A DNA stretch of 64,000 bases from Patellaria atrata CBS 101060. Its lineage: Eukaryota. The notes under the pieces are model-generated. The model was given only the letters and a program-made list of their open reading frames with translations, made no database searches and had not been told where the DNA came from. A program made the translations under genes and the position numbers. The stretch is from assembly GCA_010093705.1 (NCBI GenBank), contig MU006102.1, positions 128,123 to 192,122 of the forward strand, read 5' to 3'. Of the stretch, positions 62,796 to 64,000 are shown in pieces. Positions within the stretch are counted from its first letter, which is position 1. Each line of letters starts with the position of its first letter.

Positions 62796-64000
62796 ATGGA
62801 AGCAGCACCACTCACTATTGTCAGTAGTGTCATTCTTGTCCGCAAACTCCGCGGTTCCCTCCAACTAATATATCCCAATAGGCACACTCTCACGCTCTAA
62901 AAGCATCTCGCGAGACCGAAAAGTCAAATAACATTGCTGCAACTGATGCTCATGAGCTTGCTGCTTCCAGCTATGCCGACGCGGCAAAGGATACGGAAGA
63001 TGTTGAGGCCTTGCGCATGCTGAAGTTGCTAGAGGAACAACATCACCAGCTGGCACGCATCATAAAGTCTGGAGGCACACGTCCTGTTAGAAAAGCTCCC
63101 GTAGAACATATTGTCGAAATATCAGATACCAAGTCTACGCAACCTGCTTCTGACAGCAATGATGCAGATCAAACGGCTGCCGTACAACGTCTAGCACCAG
63201 CACAAAACTCTCCATCGACTCAAAGGAGGGCAGCAAGGGAGCTATCGTCTTCCATAGCTAGCAATCTCGCCTCAGCTCGCGGAATACCGTCCCAACAACG
63301 TCGTGGGATACCAGCATCGCCTTCGGTTTCTGCGGAGCATGCTGGGGGGAAGATCCTCGGACGGTTAGAGCGTGAAGATAGTTTCGAGAACCAGCCTTCA
63401 TCTTCACGGACACAAGTATCACGCCGCCAGTCTTCTTCTCCTCGCCGGGTTCTCAAACCTCCCCCTATCGCAGTTGCTTCCTCAACCTCGCATTCCAAGC
63501 CTACAATTGTTCAAGATTCAAAACCTCTCTCATCAGCATCAGACAAACCATTCGAGAATTTTTATTCAAGGTTTGAGTCAGTTTTCCGGACAATATCTGC
63601 TCCTCTCGCTTTTTCTGCCCTCCCTTTGTTCCCTGGAACAGAGTCTACCCCAACCGCTCCAAATAGTCCTCCAAAGAACACGAAAACAGCTACAAAAGAA
63701 CGAATTCCGCCTCAAAGTTATGTCCATTCTTCTTCTTCGCCTGATTATAGGAAAATGTTCTCGAAAGCCACTATTCGTGTTCTTGAGGATGAACCCGGTG
63801 GCGCAGCTATCAGTGGTGCAGAGAGTTTCTATTTTGTACCCGGTACCACTACGTATGCCGGAATGCTAACACGAGAAGATAGTGCAAACAAAAGAAGCAA
63901 CTTGTCTGATCTCATTGAGGAAGAGGAGTTTGTTGACGCATACGAGAATCCGATCCCAGTAAGTCCGGGTTCACCAAACCATATGAGAAAGGGGCGAAGA
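62796..64000 (+). CDS. Atg38/NRBF2-like MIT-domain protein, truncated by the window end; absent from the ORF track
   Basis: MEAAPLTI / intron 62820-62881 / AHSHA...AHELAASSYADAA...EALRMLKLLEEQHHQLA...SSSIASNLASARGIP...FENFYSRFES...SAPLAFSALPL...ESFYFVP; frame open to 64000; the Atg38 assignment is an inference from the MIT-like N-terminus. Confidence 0.65.

Noticed and set aside
1..64000. tRNA, rRNA, CRISPR arrays, and TGA-CTA readthrough cryptic peroxisomal signals
   Set aside because: The GTTCGA hits I inspected lack cloverleaf context, no repeat-spacer arrays were seen, and none of the stop codons checked has the readthrough context

Overview
Gene-dense window from a filamentous ascomycete (Pezizomycotina-type genes, short GT-AG introns with CTRAC/CTAAC branch sites). 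About 24 intact protein-coding genes are supported, mostly conserved housekeeping: NSRP1-like, NFKBIL1-like, LaeA-like methyltransferase, TMEM170-like, PEX8, CPA1/arg-2, mL46, CRIPT, DRS2, neurochondrin-like, MTG1, a ZIP transporter, PFS2, DGAT1, MGST3, ECM14, a Sec7 GEF, twinfilin, a sedolisin, a Zn2Cys6 factor, a LAM/Ltc protein and a truncated Atg38-like gene. Several are missed or fragmented in the ORF track because of introns. A three-exon arginine attenuator peptide uORF (with a 12-nt micro-exon) precedes CPA1; this is a known system. Three accessory or gene-free stretches interrupt the core: 6.6-8.2 kb (AT-rich relic with hairpins and a perfect 24-bp palindrome), 27.7-29.7 kb (GTAC-enriched) and 46.9-50.1 kb (two adjacent genes carrying only RIP-type premature stops, plus three diverged tandem copies of a 225-268 bp unit). 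About ten GC-rich islands switch from C-rich to G-rich on the + strand whatever the gene orientation. No tRNA, rRNA, CRISPR array or intact transposon was seen. Family calls come from motif recognition only, with no database searches. I could not establish a new system; the best candidates are the skew islands and the 46.9-50.1 kb island.
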